Of a DNA stretch of 64,000 nt, positions 13,070-25,249 are shown in pieces. The notes beneath the pieces were generated by a model. That model was not told where the DNA came from, searched no databases, and saw nothing but the letters and a program-made list of their open reading frames with translations. Within the stretch, counting starts at the first letter, position 1. Each line of letters opens with the position of its first letter. The stretch is taken from the NCBI GenBank assembly GCA_002269645.1, contig NIVC01000958.1:248001-312000 (forward strand), given 5' to 3'. The DNA comes from Macrostomum lignano (lineage: Eukaryota). The translations under genes and the position numbers were made by a program.

Positions 13070-14152
13070 AAGCCCCTTGGTGCTAAAGCCCCTTGGTGCT
13101 AAAGCCCCTTGGTGCTAAAGCCCCTTGGTGCTAAAGCCCCTTGGTGCTAAAGCCCCTTGGTGCTAAAGCCCCTTGGTGCTAAAGCCCCTTGGTGCTAAAG
13201 CCCCTTGGTGCTAAAGCCCCTTGGTGCTAAAGCCCCTTGGTGCTAAAGCCCCTTGGTGCTAAAGCCCCTTGGTGCTAAAGCCCCTTGGTGCTAAAGCCCC
13301 TTGGTGCTAAAGCCCCTTGGTGCTAAAGCCCCTTGGTGCTAAAGCCCCTTGGTGCTAAAGCCCCTTGGTGCTAAAGCCCCTTGGTGCTAAAGCCCCTTGG
13401 TGCTAAAGCCCCTTGGTGCTAAAGCCCCTTGGTGCTAAAGCCCCTTGGTGCTAAAGCCCCTTGGTGCTAAAGCCCCTTGGTGCTAAAGCCCCTTGGTGCT
13501 AAAGCCCCTTGGTGCTAAAGCCCCTTGGTGCTAAAGCCCCTTGGTGCTAAAGCCCCTTGGTGCTAAAGCCCCTTGGTGCTAAAGCCCCTTGGTGCTAAAG
13601 CCCCTTGGTGCTAAAGCCCCTTGGTGCTAAAGCCCCTTGGTGCTAAAGCCCCTTGGTGCTAAAGCCCCTTGGTGCTAAAGCCCCTTGGTGCTAAAGCCCC
13701 TTGGAGCTAAAGCCCCTTGGTGCTAAAGCCCCTTGGTGCTAAAGCCCCTTGGTGCTAAAGCCCCTTGGTGCTAAAGCCCCTTGGTGCTAAAGCCCCTTGG
13801 TGCTAAAGCCCCTTGGTGCTAAAGCCCCTTGGTGCTAAAGCCCCTTGGTGCTAAAGCCCCTTGGTGCTAAAGCCCCTTGGTGCTAAAGCCCCTTGGTGCT
13901 AAAGCCCCTTGGTGCTAAAGCCCCTTGGTGCTAAAGCCCCTTGGTGCTAAAGCCCCTTGGTGCTAAAGCCTCTTGGTGCTAAAGCCCCTTGGTGCTAAAG
14001 CCCCTTGGTGCTAAAGCCCCTTGGTGCTAAAGCCCCTTGGTGCTAAAGCCCCTTGGTGCTAAAGCCCCTTGGTGCTAAAGCCCCTTGGTGCTAAAGTCCC
14101 TTGGTGCTAAAGCCCCTTGGTGCTAAAGCCCCTTGGTGCTAAAGCCCCTTGG
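13070..14152. repeat. 16-bp satellite CTAAAGCCCCTTGGTG
   Basis: Near-perfect tandem array. Confidence 0.98.
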
Positions 14153-15788
14153 TCCTGGCGGCTGGACCTCTCATTGCAGTCGCATCTGAAAGACACAGCC
14201 CCAATAAAAACCCTAGCTGAAAATCCTGATACGATGAACTCCAAACCAGATCAGAGAATTTTAGATCTTGACGATAAAACATTTCCGTCGAATTCTGACT
14301 CCCATGCACCCACTGGGTAGAGAGACGGCTTCAAGACACTTTGTATAAAGAAATGAAGCCCGAACATTAACTACATCTAGATTGAATACTCTGTTGCCTA
14401 AAGATTAAAAAAGGTTAAATTCGCATCATTCTAATAATCCCGTAGAGACATCCGACACACGGGACGCCGCTGGCAAATGCAGGTGCTTTTACAATGCAAC
14501 GACGTTTAGCCGACGTCGTTATTCGTCGGTGCAATGCACCATTTGTCGGATTCTATGGGAACCGCTCGTTGTGGGACGATGAGTGTTGCGCCTGGGGCCC
14601 ACAGCTTTCCTGAAATCGCTATTACATGTATAAGCTACGCTTAGAAGAATGCAATTAATTATAAACAATTCGGACATTACGCATTCGGAAACGCATTCGG
14701 ACATTACAACAATCAATCCTTTTTTTCATAATTTTCTTTCTTCTTATTTAACTCAGGGATTAAAACTTACTGGCAGTTTTTCGATTGCCTACTCATTAAT
14801 ATTAATTATTCTTGAAAGCAGCTCTCTGACTACCGTAGTCATCAATAACTGAGATATCAGATTGCACAATTATTAAATTACTGCATTTCTGCTTGATTCT
14901 TCAAGTGACAGGTTAATTAATCTTGTTTATTTTACGCTCGTAAATTTACACTTAAGGACTGTAGTACAGTGGTCCTTAGTTACAGTTTCATTACAAACAA
15001 AATTTTGCAAAATGTTGAGGATACAATGGCTACGAGTAGATTAGTGCGAAACACTCAGTCTCAATGCGCTCGTTTTTCATCCACCATTTAACTCAGGTAC
15101 AAGGCATTCTAAACAGTCTACCATCATTTCACACTTCGCTAACGGTAGTGAATAGATAAAGAGGGGTACAAGACAAAACATTGGTAAATGTGCTTTAGGG
15201 AGCAACTTTGGGAAGCAATGAACACCAAATAATGAAATGTACAGAAATTTTACACAAAATAAACATTACAATGCCCGATGCGAGCGTACGAGCGTATTTG
15301 CAGTGCGTTCCATATTTATACAGCAAAGTTATTATTCTGCAACAAAAGCGGCATATTTACAAAGCAATTAACTGGTATATTTACATAGAACTGGCATGTT
15401 TCTCACACAGTGGGCTGTGTTGTAGCTCTTCATTGAACTTCCGAAGACTTTCTTTTTGCTGCTCAGGAGGCAATTGAAAGATTTTACTTTTTAGTTCACA
15501 AGTTAACAGCAGCAGCAACATCCCCAAAATACGGTTTTGTTGGATCTTCCGATGAGAAAGTGAAACTTGATTTCGGCTGATCAGACTCAGCTGTCATGGA
15601 TAATTCTGTATCTGTTGCTAGCTCTGTTATTGGCTGATCAAGCCAACAAGATAAGCAGGGCAAAATGCGAGATAAAAGGCTTTCAAGCTGTTTTTATGTG
15701 TGTGTGTTCTACCCTTGGTCAGGTTGCAAGGGAAAGGTGCTGATTGTTGCGTCACTCTGTTTGCATAACACCTAAGACGCTGCCTCCG

Positions 15789-18700
15789 TTACACCAAAGG
15801 TTTTCCAGAGTCGGAGTGGCAGACCTTATCAAACCCTCCTCCTTTTTCAACGGGGCTTGGGACCGTCTTTGGCAGAGTTACTGTTCTATATTGAAGGCAT
15901 GGCCGTCGACCCATAAAAAGTAGCGTCAAAGTAAAGATAAGTGCTAACAGAGTGGTAACAAAAGCCCCAAGCAGAACCATACCCAGCACACTCATCCCTT
16001 CAGGACTGGGACTTAGTCTGTTATTAGACTTCGAGTTAGTTCCTTCGGTCTGTTCTTCTTTCGCAGCCGTCTGGGCAGCCGCAAGCATCCAGCTGAGCAC
16101 AGGCTGGCTTGAGTTTCCGCATCTGTTTCCGGCCGCATCCGGGAAGCTGATCAGAGCCGGAAGCTGCTCACTGCAGTCCCTAAAGCTCACCTGCCCGAGT
16201 AAATCACCATCAATGGTAACATTGACAGCTCTGAGTGAACCACAGGAGACTGAGGAGTTCGTACTCTTGACGGTATGGTTTCTGGAATCCAAGTGTAAAG
16301 AGTTGTGAAATTTGATTTAATTAGCGAGCTAATTGTTCTGACAGCAGATAAACTGCTATTCTCAAGTTCAAGAAACTCACAGCATATCAGCATCCTCGAA
16401 CTCAGCTATTTTGCAGCCAGCTTCTGCCCCGCAGTTCAGGTAGAAGACCTTCTTGGTCCTGTGCTCATAGAACAGTCCGATGCGAAGCCTCTGTGCAAGA
16501 CTCAGCGGCTCCTTGCTGCGGGTGCTCAGGCCGGAGCCGACGCGAGTTCGCTGGCCTGAAGCCGCGGTGTTCAAGTGGAGTGAAATTGTGTGAAAGTTAA
16601 CTGTGCTGTCTGCAATTCGAGATAAACAGCGATGTTCAGCAGAGGACACTGCGCATGATAAGCTGACAACGAAAGCCATTTCTAAGGTATTTCAGGCGTG
16701 GGAAAAACATCTCGAGTGTGTACTGCTCCTATTGGGGTTTTTGAAATAGTTAAACATAACGGCTGAGCTGGCCTTGAATTTGTGCATATCAATCAGTGTT
16801 GGGCACCGTTAATGAAAATCTTAACTTCCGTTAATAGCAAAAGCGTTAGCGTTAAAACAAAAAAATCTTAACTTTTTAACTCCTAATTTCGTTAAGTTAA
16901 CTGAAAGTTAACTGATAATCGTTAATAAGCGTTAATCCGTTAAAGTTAACACAGAAAATACGGAAATCTTGCACTTTTTTTCCAAAACAGACTTCGTATT
17001 GCACGTCTTTGCTATTCCATCTTTTTAGCGAAACACAGAGGTCATCTAAGCGATTTGAAAGCTAAAAAAGTAATAAATAATCATTTTAAAAACTTGCATG
17101 CATAATACTACTAAAAGTAAAGCATATGGTAAAAAAAGTAACTTATTTTATTTGAAACTTAAAAGCTAATAGCGAGAAATTCATAATTAAATACGCATAG
17201 GAAGGTTGTTTCAGTACCATTAGCATGCGCAGCAGAAAGTTGCGAAAGATTGGGACAGAAGTGAATCAAAGCGATCGATGCTCACGCGCAAGAAATAAAG
17301 TTTCACACTATTTTAATTCATTATTTTAAAGTTTATTTGTAAGAAGTTGTTAATTACATGTACGTCTGTATGATCATCGTCATAAATAAAGAGATTATAT
17401 TTAGGCATATAGGTAAGCTCAAATACGTTCGTAATGTTAATTAAACTTCTTGTAAGACTTCTATTTTTCGTTCCTTCTTTGCGTCTTTGGTCATTGACAT
17501 AGACACTACCGTTAACGATGAATTTATCGTTAATTCACAAAATTTTTAACGCAAATTCGTTAATCCGTTAGTTCAAAAAAATCTTAACGACAGTCCGTTA
17601 ACGTTAATGAAAAATCTTAACGCTTATTAACGCTTATTAACGGATTAACGCTTATTAACGGACTGGTGCCCAACACTGATATCAATCGATAAAATATGAG
17701 AACTATAAGTGTAGAATTAAATGGGTACCACAATTTTTTGTTTCAATTTTTTATTGTGCTGTCTAAATTGTGCTATTATAGTGGTAGCATAAGTCATATT
17801 ATGGATGATCAAGCATGCATATTGCAAAAATATGCTAGTTAGGGCATAAGACCTTAACGTATAGGATACAAATGCAGATGCACTAGTTGGAAAAAACGTC
17901 GCTTTTTAACTTGAAAAAAATTATGGAAAGATGTGGAAACGGCTTGCACAAAACATGCAAAAACTCGATACACGTAAGCTGCCAATGGACCTGGCCCGAT
18001 TAATTTGGCTTTCATTTATCAGAGATTTTGCTTTGAGCTAGACAAACTGGCAAGAAACAAAACACTGTAGACTACGCATGCACTCATACTTTACGTTGTA
18101 ATTAGCTTTTCGATTGTGGATTTCATATTGATGTGGCGGGTACAAGACTTGAATTTACCAGCATTCTTGACGCAAAATTTCACTGTACTGTAAAAGTTTG
18201 TGATAGACTTTCAGTTGATTCAATGCATACGAGGTAAGCTGTAAGCCACGGACATTTAACAGTAGGAATACCTTAGGGGATTTCTCAGGGAAAAATCTCT
18301 GGGAAAGGCTCATTCGCACTCATTCTCAGGAGCCATCAAATTCAATAGCTGATGTGCAATCGAATAAGGAATTTTACTTCATTTGACTGCAATTTAAATA
18401 AGCCCTTATAGTTTCATTAAATATGCTATTACTGGAATGGCTTATTTATCAATTTGATTTAGGGAATTTTGCTAAACACAGCAGTGCTCAGCCCTGTTGT
18501 AAGACACAGTCTTTATTAAATTTTGTTCGGCTAAGACTAAAGAATCAACAAGGTTCACTCAGCTTACTCTCTGTGACGAAGTTCTGCAGAGCCGCGGAGC
18601 TGCTGAAGCTGGCGAGCCTCATGACTCCGCTGTCAGCGCTCATCGCAGCCAGCTCAGCAGTCAGGTTCCGACGAACCGATCCTGTGGTGTAGCAGTTGCT

Positions 18701-20573
18701 CACAAAATTTGTAATGTTTCTGCCGCAGAATCCCGGCTCCATCAGTCGAATTTGTAGACCGGGGATATTCGCAGAGCTTCTTCGATTCAACCGGAATGAG
18801 ACAGTCAGGTAGCTCCTACAGTTTCGTGTAGAGTGCAGTGGTTGAGTTCAATTACAGAATTATGGATTTCAAAGAATTGGTCCAGCATCGGGCCAGCTCT
18901 CTCGTACCCTTTCGTCAGTTGCAGCACGCGCAGCATCTCCAGCTCCACTGGCTTTGGCTCGCTTGTTGAAGGCGACGAGCAATTTGCTAGAAAGTGGATT
19001 GGGGGTTGTATTGGCACGTTAAGAATGAAAGCATTTGCTGTTTTTATTAAGTACCAGCTAGCATGGGTCAAAAACCACTGACTGCTTGTTCACAGTAATG
19101 GTTAGAACTGGAGGTCGAAACCAATATCACCTGTATGACAGCAAGTTTAACGGTGCTCAAAGCAGCTTACAGTCCGAAGCCTTCGAGTGCAGTTCGTATC
19201 GCATCGGTTGTTGCTGTGCAGCTGAATCCACAGATCTTTTCCACCTCCGCTCGCTTAAGTGCGCCTCCGTGTCAAAGCCAGTCAGAACCACAACGGCATT
19301 GTCAAGATGGTCAGTCAGAATCTTCCATTTGCAGTTGAGCCCTTCCTCAGGCACAGGGTCCGCGTCAGCTTTCGGAATGATTCGATCCTCAATGAACTCG
19401 AGTTTTTTGCTGAGCTGGAACTCATTGGTGTTGCTGTGCGGATAGCAGTACTCGTTGCCTGCCAGAGCTCTGTGGATAAGAAGAATGAGAAGGAGTATAT
19501 TTTTTGTAAATGGACAGTAAAAAGTTGTTGGAAGGCTCAGCTTACTTAAAATTTGGTCTCTTAAACGTTATTTTCTGAGCTATTATTGGCAAAATGGGTT
19601 GTTGATTATGCGATTAATTGGCTTTTCGGCCGGTATTTCAGTTATTTCTCGCATACCAACCTGTTAAATAATATTTTATATTCTACGAGTAATAATATAT
19701 AGAGTGTATGATCACAACCTACTATTATTATTAGCTACGCCCATGAACATGAAGAAATGCCATCGATTTTGTAACAACATTCTAGCTGAAATCAATACGA
19801 TAAAATGGGTATGTACTTACTATCCTACTGATTGTAAAAAGACAAGAAAATCTTGTGTGAAAAAGAAGTGCTGTTTAACCCACAGAACTGTTCTGCGGTT
19901 TAACCAGCTACAGTTGTTCAATGGTATAATTCAATTAACTTTCGTACAATAATGTACGACATTAACAGCGCCAGCCTCGCAAGGACAAGTCCCCAAATAA
20001 CAGCCCCACCAAGGGGCAGTCCCCAAAAAAGACAGCACCAAAAAGGACAGTGCCCCAAGCAGTATGACACCCCAATCATTATGATGACCCAATCAGTATG
20101 ATGACCCAATCAGTATGATGACCCAATCAGTATGATGACCCAATCAGTATGATGACCCAATCAGTATGATGACCCAATCAGTGACACCCCAATCAGTATG
20201 ATGACCCAATCAGTGACACCCCAATCAGTATGATGACCCAATCAGTGACACCCCAATCAGTATGATGACCCAATCAGTGACACCCCAATCAGTATGATGA
20301 CCCAATCAGTGACACCCCAATCAGTATGATGACCCAATCAGTGACACCCCAATCAGTATGATGACCAAATCAGTGACGCCCCAATCAGTATGACGCACCC
20401 AAAGTGTGGCATCCAAAAGCATTTAAACCACACCAATCAAAACCTGAAATCCGCTAGAAATCCCCGCTGGTGCAAGAAATTAAGCTTCGCATCACTCACA
20501 TTTGAAGTGCAGAAGACAGCAGCAGAAGAGTCGACAGTCTTCTGCCTATCACAATCTGCAAATTCAGTCGCAT
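15789..20573 (-). CDS. Type I membrane protein with CUB-like ectodomain, paralog B (complete, ~455 aa)
   Basis: Exons 20573-20500, 19469-19171, 18986-18908, 18815-18568, 16555-16381, 16281-15789 total 1368 nt in frame. Signal peptide, CUB-like motifs, RWKR furin-type site, TM VLGMVLLGAFVTTLLALIFTLTLLFM, short tail ending KPLV. Confidence 0.9.
16794..17678. mobile_element. Non-autonomous hAT element (885 bp) in intron 4 of paralog B
   Basis: 14-bp TIR CAGTGTTGGGCACC; 8-bp TSD ATATCAAT at 16786-16793 and 17679-17686; many subterminal CGTTAA/TTAACG motifs. Confidence 0.92.
20085..20395. repeat. Intronic minisatellite (17-bp CCCAATCAGTATGATGA alternating with CCCAATCAGTGACAC)
   Basis: Tandem array in intron 1 of paralog B; single seed CCCCAATCAGTATGACGCC at ~2032 in paralog A. 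Confidence 0.92.
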
Positions 20574-22695
20574 GTCGCTCTCTTCCGGCACCTAAAAATC
20601 GCGATGAGATGTGGGTGCAGCATGGAGTTTCTGTGTCTGCGCCAGCTTTTACACGTAAGACGTGAAACTGCTAAACAAAGATATTCGTAAATTGCATCAA
20701 ACTTCTTGTACGCGTACTATACGAAATTTCTAATTTAGCAATCTGATTTCTGTTTTAGTACCCGGATGTAGTGACACATTTCTTGGCTTTTAGCTCGTAG
20801 TTTACTCAACCCTGCTGTCAAGGAATTTTAGATGCAAAATCGTGTAGATTTAGTTTTTATTTGATTTTATATGTAATGAAGCATCTGGCGAGCCAGACTC
20901 AGCCTTTGCTCTGACTTACCTGAGCATACGAGCGTAATTGCATGTATATTTGAGTGGCTCTAATGACCTCAATAGCTATAATACTATACATGTGTTGCAG
21001 ATTTAGTCATCTTTTCAGATTGAATTTAAAAATAATTTAGCAGTAGAAGTACAATACACACACAACCCCAAGGACTCGCGAACGAGAATGTCTGTTAATC
21101 GAACGATGGTAGAAAATTCTGTGGGAACACAAAATATTTTGTTAACGATTCTAACTATTTTTGCTTCCTATCTTTCCTTAAACAAATATCATTTGACAAA
21201 AGAGGACACTTTAACATGGCCATCAAATTATGCTCAAATTTCTTAAAAACTAATCAACTATGGTAACTAAATGTGCACGAAACTCAACTCACTGTCCATG
21301 TGGACTCACTCACCAAGAGATGTTGGCCAACTCCAGCTTCCTGCAGACTTTATGCAAGAAAATTTAAGAAGGGAGCACCACAGAAAACCCATGATTTTAC
21401 AGGAGAAGCCGCGGTAACTCTGTGGCGAATCTAAGTAAAATCCAAGTAAAACCCACGACTTTTCCGCGGCGAATGTTTCTCTAAAGCAGTTGGAATTTGC
21501 CCCTCCTTTCAAGTACAACTAAAAGGCAATTCCATGGCTCTTCCATGGAAATTCAGTCAGTAGAATTGTTTAAATAGGGTTGGAGTGTGTGTGTATGCGT
21601 ACGCACAGTTGCAGTTTATGGCCGCCCGTTAGCGGAGCCCATCCCACGCTAAAAATAGCCCGTTAGCGGGGTCCGCCCCACGGTGGGGTGGGCTCCCTTA
21701 GCGCGGGCCAGCCCACAATGGTTAGGATTGCGGGGCTGTGGAGAAGCAGACGCCAGAACTTGACTCGGTTGTCAAGATACATGGCACTAATTCAAAAAAG
21801 AAAAAAACTTTTTTTTCGGCTCCATTGCGTGAGAACTGAATGCATTGACTTTGCTAGGGCGCTAAAATGGGCGCCCAAAGGCTGAAATGTGCGCCGGTGT
21901 ATTAAACTTGGCGCCCAAAAGTAGCAAGCTGATACATGCTGCCACTTCTACGCCCGTTGGCACATTCCAGCGCTGATTTAGGGATCCTGGCGCCGATTTG
22001 GTGATCCTGGCGCCAAATTTGACTTTCGGTGCGTATTCCAGCTTTCCCGCGCCAATTTGAGCTATCCTGCGCTGATTTGAGCTTTCCAACGCTGGTCCGG
22101 GCTTTTTGGCGCTGATTTCAGCATTCCGGCGCTGATTCGGCGATCCTGGCGCCGATTTGGTGATCCTGGCGCCAAATTTGACTTCTGTCGCCAATTTGAT
22201 CTTTCCCGCGCCAATTTGAGCTTTCCTGCGCCAATTTGAGCTTTCTAGCGCCAACTTGAGCTTTCCAGCGCTGGTTAAGGTCTTCTCAAGCTGATTTCAG
22301 CATTCCGGCGCTGATTCGGCGATCCTGGCGCCAAATTTGACTTTCGGTGCCAATTCCAGCTTTCCTGCGCCAATTTGAGCTTTCCAGCGCTGTTTTGGGC
22401 TTTAAGACATGGCTTCGGGGATCAGCGCAGATTTATATCAATTTGGCACTATAAAAATCAAAAGTGTCATTTTTGGACTTGTTATTGTTGATTGTTTTGT
22501 TATTGATTATTTTTCAATAAGGTATACTCCATCTAGATCACTATTTGCTGAGAGTTCAGGATCTACTAAATATCTTTACTCAGCAACATTGAAAAGTTGC
22601 CACTCTATGCGCCAGAGAGTAATATATTATTAGTGAGTGAGTTAAAATATTATAAATAAAAGATATGATATAAACTAATCAAGGTAGCTTTAATC

Positions 22696-22903
22696 CAGTG
22701 GTTCTCAATCTATGGGTCGCGACCCCCCCCCCCAGTGGGGTTGCGTGACCATTTTCTGGGGGTCGCAGCACGAAGAAATGTGTGAGTTTGTCATACATAA
22801 TAATGCATTACATGTTTATTGATTTTAAAAGGGGTCGCAAACATTAAAAAATGATGCAAGTGAATAAATTGGGGTCGCCTGAAAAAAAGGTTGAGAACCG
22901 CTG
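22696..22903. mobile_element. hAT (Charlie/MER5-like termini) MITE in left arm
   Basis: TIR CAGTGGTTCTCAA...TTGAGAACCGCTG; 8-bp TSD CTTTAATC. Confidence 0.9.
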
Positions 22904-23613
22904 CTTTAATCCGTTCAACCCTCGCACACCGCTCCCCCACTGCATTCCTCAACTCAAGTCTGCCGCGTGGCGTAGCTGAGTTGCGTCACTCGCAAAGATT
23001 CAGAAACTTTACCTGCACTTTCAAAAGTGACGACCACAGACTTCTGTGATGGCGACTTTTCGATGTTGCTGAGTGTATACGAAGTTACTACCTTGTTATC
23101 ATAATTGAGTTATGATTTTCTTTTACTACTTAATTGTGTAATGCCTTTGTCTTAATCTTTTACTCACTTGATGCACTGTTAGTGTTGCCACACAGAATCG
23201 CCCATATCGCTTTTATCGCTTTTTATCACCTTCCTCCAGGTCATTCAGTCATGCTACTCTCGTCCTACCCCCCTCTCTGTATCTCTACCTATTGTCCTAT
23301 CTCGCGATCCTCTCCTTTACAGTACATCTCTCGGATCCCAGTGGATCAAGCGAAGCGTTTATTTATTAGTTTAAACGAGTTAATATTTATTGGTTCGTAA
23401 AAAGGAAATAAAAAAATTGAGAAATGGCGGCGGAGCCAAGCCGGGCCGGGTGCAGAGGCTTTAAGCTGGCCGGCGCGGCCAACACCCCCACACCTCAACC
23501 CCCCGCCAAAGTACAGCGATATGTACAGCGGCACCCTCCGGCGCGTTTAATACCCCTTACTCAGAGAGTAACGATTGCATTAAACACGCCGGAAGGAGCC
23601 AAACGAGACAAAG

Positions 23614-24266
23614 TCAGTTGCGAAAAGCAGGCAGCGGCCGAGAAAGCGGATCCCAACCCCAATGATGGGGAAGGGAAGGAGTAAAAGCGTAAAAGGTGGA
23701 CGCAGCCTGCAGCTGTGAAGCCATGAAAGAAGCAGAGCGCTGGCGGCGCGACAGGGCAGAGCTGGCAGAAAAGTAGCGGAGAACAGCGTCCGATCTCCAG
23801 CCCCCAAGAGCCCGAACGTCCGAATCTGACAAGCCGATTTGATGGCAGAAACTGGCACCCCCACGTCGGATGCTGTGGCCGGAGAAACCAGCAGCTGGGA
23901 GGCCGCACGCAGCCAGACACGCACGAAGACAGCTGATGAACTGGCTGGCTGAGAGCTCGCCTCTGAGGCCGTAGCCAAAGAGTGGCGCCCTTGGGTCGCT
24001 GGTTGGTGACAGGTGCAGGTGAGACCGGAGGCTAGGCAGGCTAGAGAAAGACCGGAGCCGGGTGCTCACCAGGTGCGCAATGTAGCGGCAGAGCAGGTCA
24101 CCGTCAGCTGGAGATGAAGGGCGGCCTGCGCTAACACAGAAGGCTTCCCAGGAGCGCAGCTGGCTGAGGTAGGATCGCCAGGAGTTCTCCGCCAGGCCGA
24201 GGCGGCACAGGTGTCCGGCAGACACAGCGCGGGGGGCGGGCGGCGTCTCCGGAGGGCGAGGGCGAC
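23614..24266 (-). pseudogene. DIRS/Ngaro-type tyrosine recombinase, internally deleted in frame
   Basis: Core-binding-like GLAENSWRSYLSQLRSWEAFC; C-terminal PLF...FSGHSIRRGGA...GGWRSDAVLRY (H-x-x-R, W, Y). The Box I region is missing. Pyrimidine tract plus CAG acceptor precedes 24266. Confidence 0.85.
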
Positions 24267-24740
24267 CTGCAAAAGGAGGCGAGATTGGGAAGCGGCAGAG
24301 AAAGATCAGAAGAGTGATGTACTGTAAAGGAGAGGATCGCGAGATAGGACAATAGGTAGAGATACAGAGAGGGGGGTAGGACGAGAGTAGCATGACTGAA
24401 TGACCTGGAGGAAGGTGATAAAAAGCGATAAAAGCGATATGGGCGATTCTGTGTGGCAACACTAACAGTGCATCAAGTGAGTAAAAGATTAAGACAAAGG
24501 CATTACACAATTAAGTAGTAAAAGAAAATCATAACTCAATTATGATAACAAGGTAGTAACTTCGTATACACTCAGCAACATCGAAAAGTCGCCATCACAG
24601 AAGTCTGTGGTCGTCACTTTTGAAAGTGCAGGTAAAGTTTCTGAATCTTTGCGAGTGACGCAACTCAGCTACGCCACGCGGCAGACTTGAGTTGAGGAAT
24701 GCAGTGGGGGAGCGGTGTGCGAGGGTTGAACGGATTAAAG

Positions 24741-24949
24741 CAGCGGTTCTCAACCTTTTTTTCAGGCGACCCCAATTTATTCACTTGCATCATTTTTTAA
24801 TGTTTGCGACCCCTTTTAAAATCAATAAACATGTAATGCATTATTATGTATGACAAACTCACACATTTCTTCGTGCTGCGACCCCCAGAAAATGGTCACG
24901 CAACCCCACTGGGGGGGGGGGGTCGCGACCCATAGATTGAGAACCACTG
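24741..24949. mobile_element. Mirror copy of the 22696 MITE in right arm
   Basis: Reverse complement of 22696-22903 with mirrored TSD GATTAAAG. Confidence 0.9.
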
Positions 24950-25249
24950 GATTAAAGCTACCTTGATTAGTTTATATCATATCTTTTATTTATAATATTT
25001 TAACTCACTCACTAATAATATATTACTCTCTGGCGCATAGAGTGGCAACTTTTCAATGTTGCTGAGTAAAGATATTTAGTAGATCCTGAACTCTCAGCAA
25101 ATAGTGATCTAGATGGAGTATACCTTATTGAAAAATAATCAATAACAAAACAATCAACAATAACAAGTCCAAAAATGACACTTTTGATTTTTATAGTGCC
25201 AAATTGATATAAATATGCGCTGATCCCCGAAGCCATGTCTTAAAGCCCA

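Noticed and set aside
23134-23400. ORF MCNAFVLIF... as a real gene or YR N-terminus
   Set aside because: It is pyrimidine-rich arm sequence mirrored in both arms, starts at a non-ATG codon and has no YR similarity.
23329-24315. DIRS internal complementary region or Ngaro split direct repeats
   Set aside because: I could not find convincing complementarity between the loop and the arm termini, nor an A-B-A-B repeat layout.
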